Assembly (NCBI GenBank): GCA_051872415.1
Contig: JBJEDW010000083.1
Coordinates: 750-64,749, forward strand
Direction: 5' to 3'
DNA length: 64,000 nucleotides
From: Bacilli bacterium
GTDB taxonomy: Bacteria > Bacillota_I > Bacilli_A > RF39 > UBA660
Below, piece after piece: positions 61,697-64,000 of the stretch. A program made the position numbers and the translations under genes. Every line of letters begins with the position of its first letter. Position 1 is the first letter of the stretch. The notes beneath the pieces were generated by a model. The model was not told the origin of the DNA. It ran no database searches and was given only the letters and a program-made list of their open reading frames with translations.

Positions 61697-63934
61697 CTAT
61701 TCATCATTTTCTTCAAGTTTTACTAAAACTTCACGAGGCTTAGAGCCATTTTGTGGTCCAATTATTCCTCTTTCTTCTAAAAGATCTATTATTCTAGCAG
61801 CTCTATTATAACCAAGTTTAAATCTTCTTTGAAGAAGTGAAGCACTTGCTTTTTGATTTTCTATTACAAATTCTACTATATCATTATATAAAGGATCATC
61901 ATACTCTTCTTTATCATTTGAAACTGTATTTTCTTTTCTTTCACTATCAACGTGATCTAAATTAGTAAAGTTTGGATCAAATGAAGCTTTTTGTTGAGAT
62001 ACTGTGTAATCTACTACTTTTAAAATCTCTTGCTCACTTATAAATGCACCTTGTATTCTTTCTGGTTGGTTTTCTCCCATTGGAAGAAATAACATATCTC
62101 CTTTACCAAGTAGTTTTTCTGCTCCGACCATATCTAAAATAGTACGTGAATCAATACTTGATGAGACTGCAAAAGATATTCTTGATGGGATGTTGGCCTT
62201 GATAAGTCCGGTAATTACATCAGTTGATGGTCTTTGAGTTGCAATAATTAGATGAATACCAGCAGCACGAGCCATTTGAGTAATTCTCATAATTGAATCT
62301 TCTACTTCTTTACCTGCGACAAGCATAAGATCTGCAAGTTCATCTACAATTACAACAATATAAGGCATTCTTGGAAGTTTTTCTGAATCAGAAAGTTTTG
62401 CATTCTTATCATCAATCATTTTATTGTATCCAGCAATATTTTTTGTTTTAGATTCTTCAAATAAGTCATATCTTCTTTCCATTTCGGATACTGCTCTTTT
62501 AAGGGCAATTGAAGCTTTTTTAGGATCTGTTACAACTGGAGTAAGTAAATGAGGTATTCCATTGTAAATAGAAAGTTCCACCTTTTTAGGGTCCACTAAA
62601 ACTAGTTTTACTTCATCTGGTCTTGTTTTCATTAAAATTGAAACAATAATATCATTTATACAAACAGATTTACCTGATCCTGTTGCCCCAGCAACTAAAA
62701 GATGTGGTGTTCTATCTATTTCGCACCATTTAACCTTACCCATAATATCTTTTCCAAGTCCTACTGCTAAGACTGAGGAATTAGTTTGTTTAGGCATCGA
62801 CTCTAGAGTTTCTCTTAAACTTACCATTTGTGGTGCTTCATTAGGCATTTCAATTCCAACAGTACTTTTTCCTGGTATTGGCGCTTGAATTCTAACATCT
62901 TTCTTAGCAAGTGCAAGTGATATTTCTTTATTTATTGTTAAAAGCTTTGATACTCTAGTACCTGAGGATAAAGAAAGCTCATACTGAGTTACGGTAGGAC
63001 CAATATTTACTTCAACTACTTTTCCACTTATACCAAAATCTTTTAAAACTTGTTCTAAAATAGAAATATTTTTTTCAATTAAAGCATGATCAGTTCCTTT
63101 TTTATTTTTCTTTCCTATATCAAGTAAATCCATTGGAGGTAAAACATAACTTTTATTAACACTCGCAGTAGATGCTTTGATATCAGTTTCTTTTTTCTCT
63201 GGAACTTTAGTAAGTTCTTTGATGTCATGAACAACTAATTTTTCATCATCATTATGATCAACTATTTTAAATTTAGAATCTTTATCTTCTTTGGATTCTT
63301 TCAAAGGTTTTTCTGTTTCATGCTTTTTAGATTTTATGTTTTTAGCAGTTTCTTTTCCTTTATCTAAAATATCTTTAATAGATAATCCTGTGAAAATCAT
63401 AAAACCACAGACCATAAGAATAGGTACAACAATTTTTGTTCCTTGGGCTTCAAACATTGCATAGAATAGTGAGGCAAAAATAGCCCCAATTATTCCACCA
63501 CCAGTATTAGCAAGAGCAGTATTAAATACTCCAACTTGAACACTCTTATTCATTATTTTTTCTATACCGAGCATAATGTAATCAATAGTTTCTGTAAAAA
63601 TTTTATTGGTTTTCATATTATCTAAAACATAGTTTTGATGCATTAATACAACAAGTCCAATTGCAAATAGATAGACTCCTATCATTTTAGATGATAATAA
63701 ATTGATACTTTTTCTATTAATTATAATGTAAATGCCTATAATCAAGACTATAAGCAATAAAAAGAAATATAAATTTCCTACTAAAAATAAAGCAAACGAA
63801 GCAATGCCACGTCCAATTGGACCATATTTTCCTATTCCTAGAATTGCTATTAATATTAAGGCTATTCCATATAGTTCAGCCAAATATGTTGGTTTTTCTT
63901 TTTTACTTTTACTTCTACTTTTTTTCTTAGCCAT
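61697..63934 (-). CDS. ftsK: DNA translocase FtsK/SpoIIIE
   Basis: N-terminal TM domain, motor domain (Walker A GATGSGKSV, Walker B VVIVDELADL), and a C-terminal gamma winged helix (LLQRRFKLGYNRAARIIDLLEERGIIG). Confidence 0.9.
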   Translation of the reverse strand: MAKKKSRSKSKKEKPTYLAELYGIALILIAILGIGKYGPIGRGIASFALFLVGNLYFFLLLIVLIIGIYIIINRKSINLLSSKMIGVYLFAIGLVVLMHQNYVLDNMKTNKIFTETIDYIMLGIEKIMNKSVQVGVFNTALANTGGGIIGAIFASLFYAMFEAQGTKIVVPILMVCGFMIFTGLSIKDILDKGKETAKNIKSKKHETEKPLKESKEDKDSKFKIVDHNDDEKLVVHDIKELTKVPEKKETDIKASTASVNKSYVLPPMDLLDIGKKNKKGTDHALIEKNISILEQVLKDFGISGKVVEVNIGPTVTQYELSLSSGTRVSKLLTINKEISLALAKKDVRIQAPIPGKSTVGIEMPNEAPQMVSLRETLESMPKQTNSSVLAVGLGKDIMGKVKWCEIDRTPHLLVAGATGSGKSVCINDIIVSILMKTRPDEVKLVLVDPKKVELSIYNGIPHLLTPVVTDPKKASIALKRAVSEMERRYDLFEESKTKNIAGYNKMIDDKNAKLSDSEKLPRMPYIVVIVDELADLMLVAGKEVEDSIMRITQMARAAGIHLIIATQRPSTDVITGLIKANIPSRISFAVSSSIDSRTILDMVGAEKLLGKGDMLFLPMGENQPERIQGAFISEQEILKVVDYTVSQQKASFDPNFTNLDHVDSERKENTVSNDKEEYDDPLYNDIVEFVIENQKASASLLQRRFKLGYNRAARIIDLLEERGIIGPQNGSKPREVLVKLEENDE

Positions 63935-64000
63935 TTGCCTTCCTCCTACTCTATGTTCATTATATCACAGGTTAGAACAAAGTAAAATTTTTTTTAATTT

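Noticed and set aside
1-64000. Scan for rRNA, tRNA, CRISPR arrays, IS elements with terminal inverted repeats, integrases other than xerD, and prophage modules
   Set aside because: I recognised none of these by eye: no GTTCGAATC-type T-arm motifs in the intergenic regions, no regularly spaced direct repeats, and no transposase-length ORFs. A covariance-model or repeat-finder run would be needed to be certain.

Overview
Very AT-rich chromosome segment from a low-GC, endospore-forming Firmicute: spoIIM, spoIVB, spoVS and sspI are all recognisable. I count about 60 protein genes and saw no rRNA, tRNA, CRISPR array or intact mobile element. From 9.3 kb onward almost every gene is on the minus strand.

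Layout:
- 0-4.6 kb: Tad/Flp-type pilus assembly operon (two TadE-like genes, cpaE/tadZ-like, cpaF/tadA, tadB, tadC).
- 5.2-7.8 kb: thioester-domain/Cna-B adhesin translationally coupled to its own small sortase.
- 7.9-23 kb: housekeeping genes (yebC, tcdA, LtaS-family, rarA, xerD, deoB, mnmA, spoIIM, UPF0316, an OmpR/HK pair, spoIVB).
- 23.5-42.8 kb: a ~19 kb cell-wall glycopolymer island.
- 42.8-64 kb: xseB-xseA-nusB, an SH3b/polysaccharide deacetylase, ttcA-like, hisS, DUF2207-LemA, sspI, nrdD-nrdG-smr, DUF368, spoVS, an M16 peptidase pair, deoD, ftsK.

The island encodes a secreted Fn3/beta-propeller protein, an 1100-aa TagF-like+GT4+GT2 fusion, galE, a frameshifted tagD, acyltransferase-3, tagH/tagG, a nucleotidyltransferase, a TagB/F-like enzyme and a GT2.

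Main candidate for a novel system: at the upstream end of the island, fused directly onto the nusB-xseA-xseB operon, sit three genes carrying four ATP-grasp modules. They flank a MurF-like ligase that has a C-terminal BspA-type leucine-rich-repeat domain. I interpret this as a ribosome- and NRPS-independent amino-acid/peptide ligation pathway that decorates a TagGH-exported wall polymer. This is a hypothesis, not a demonstrated function.

Other points worth a second look:
- a 1-nt homopolymer frameshift in tagD
- a probable ATC start codon
- two structured non-coding RNA candidates supported by long-range helices
- a non-canonical VPNTL sorting signal paired with a sortase that lacks the usual C-terminal Arg
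- small remnants of an Rpn-like gene and an AbiEi-like gene

All family assignments come from motif recognition by eye. No database search was run.
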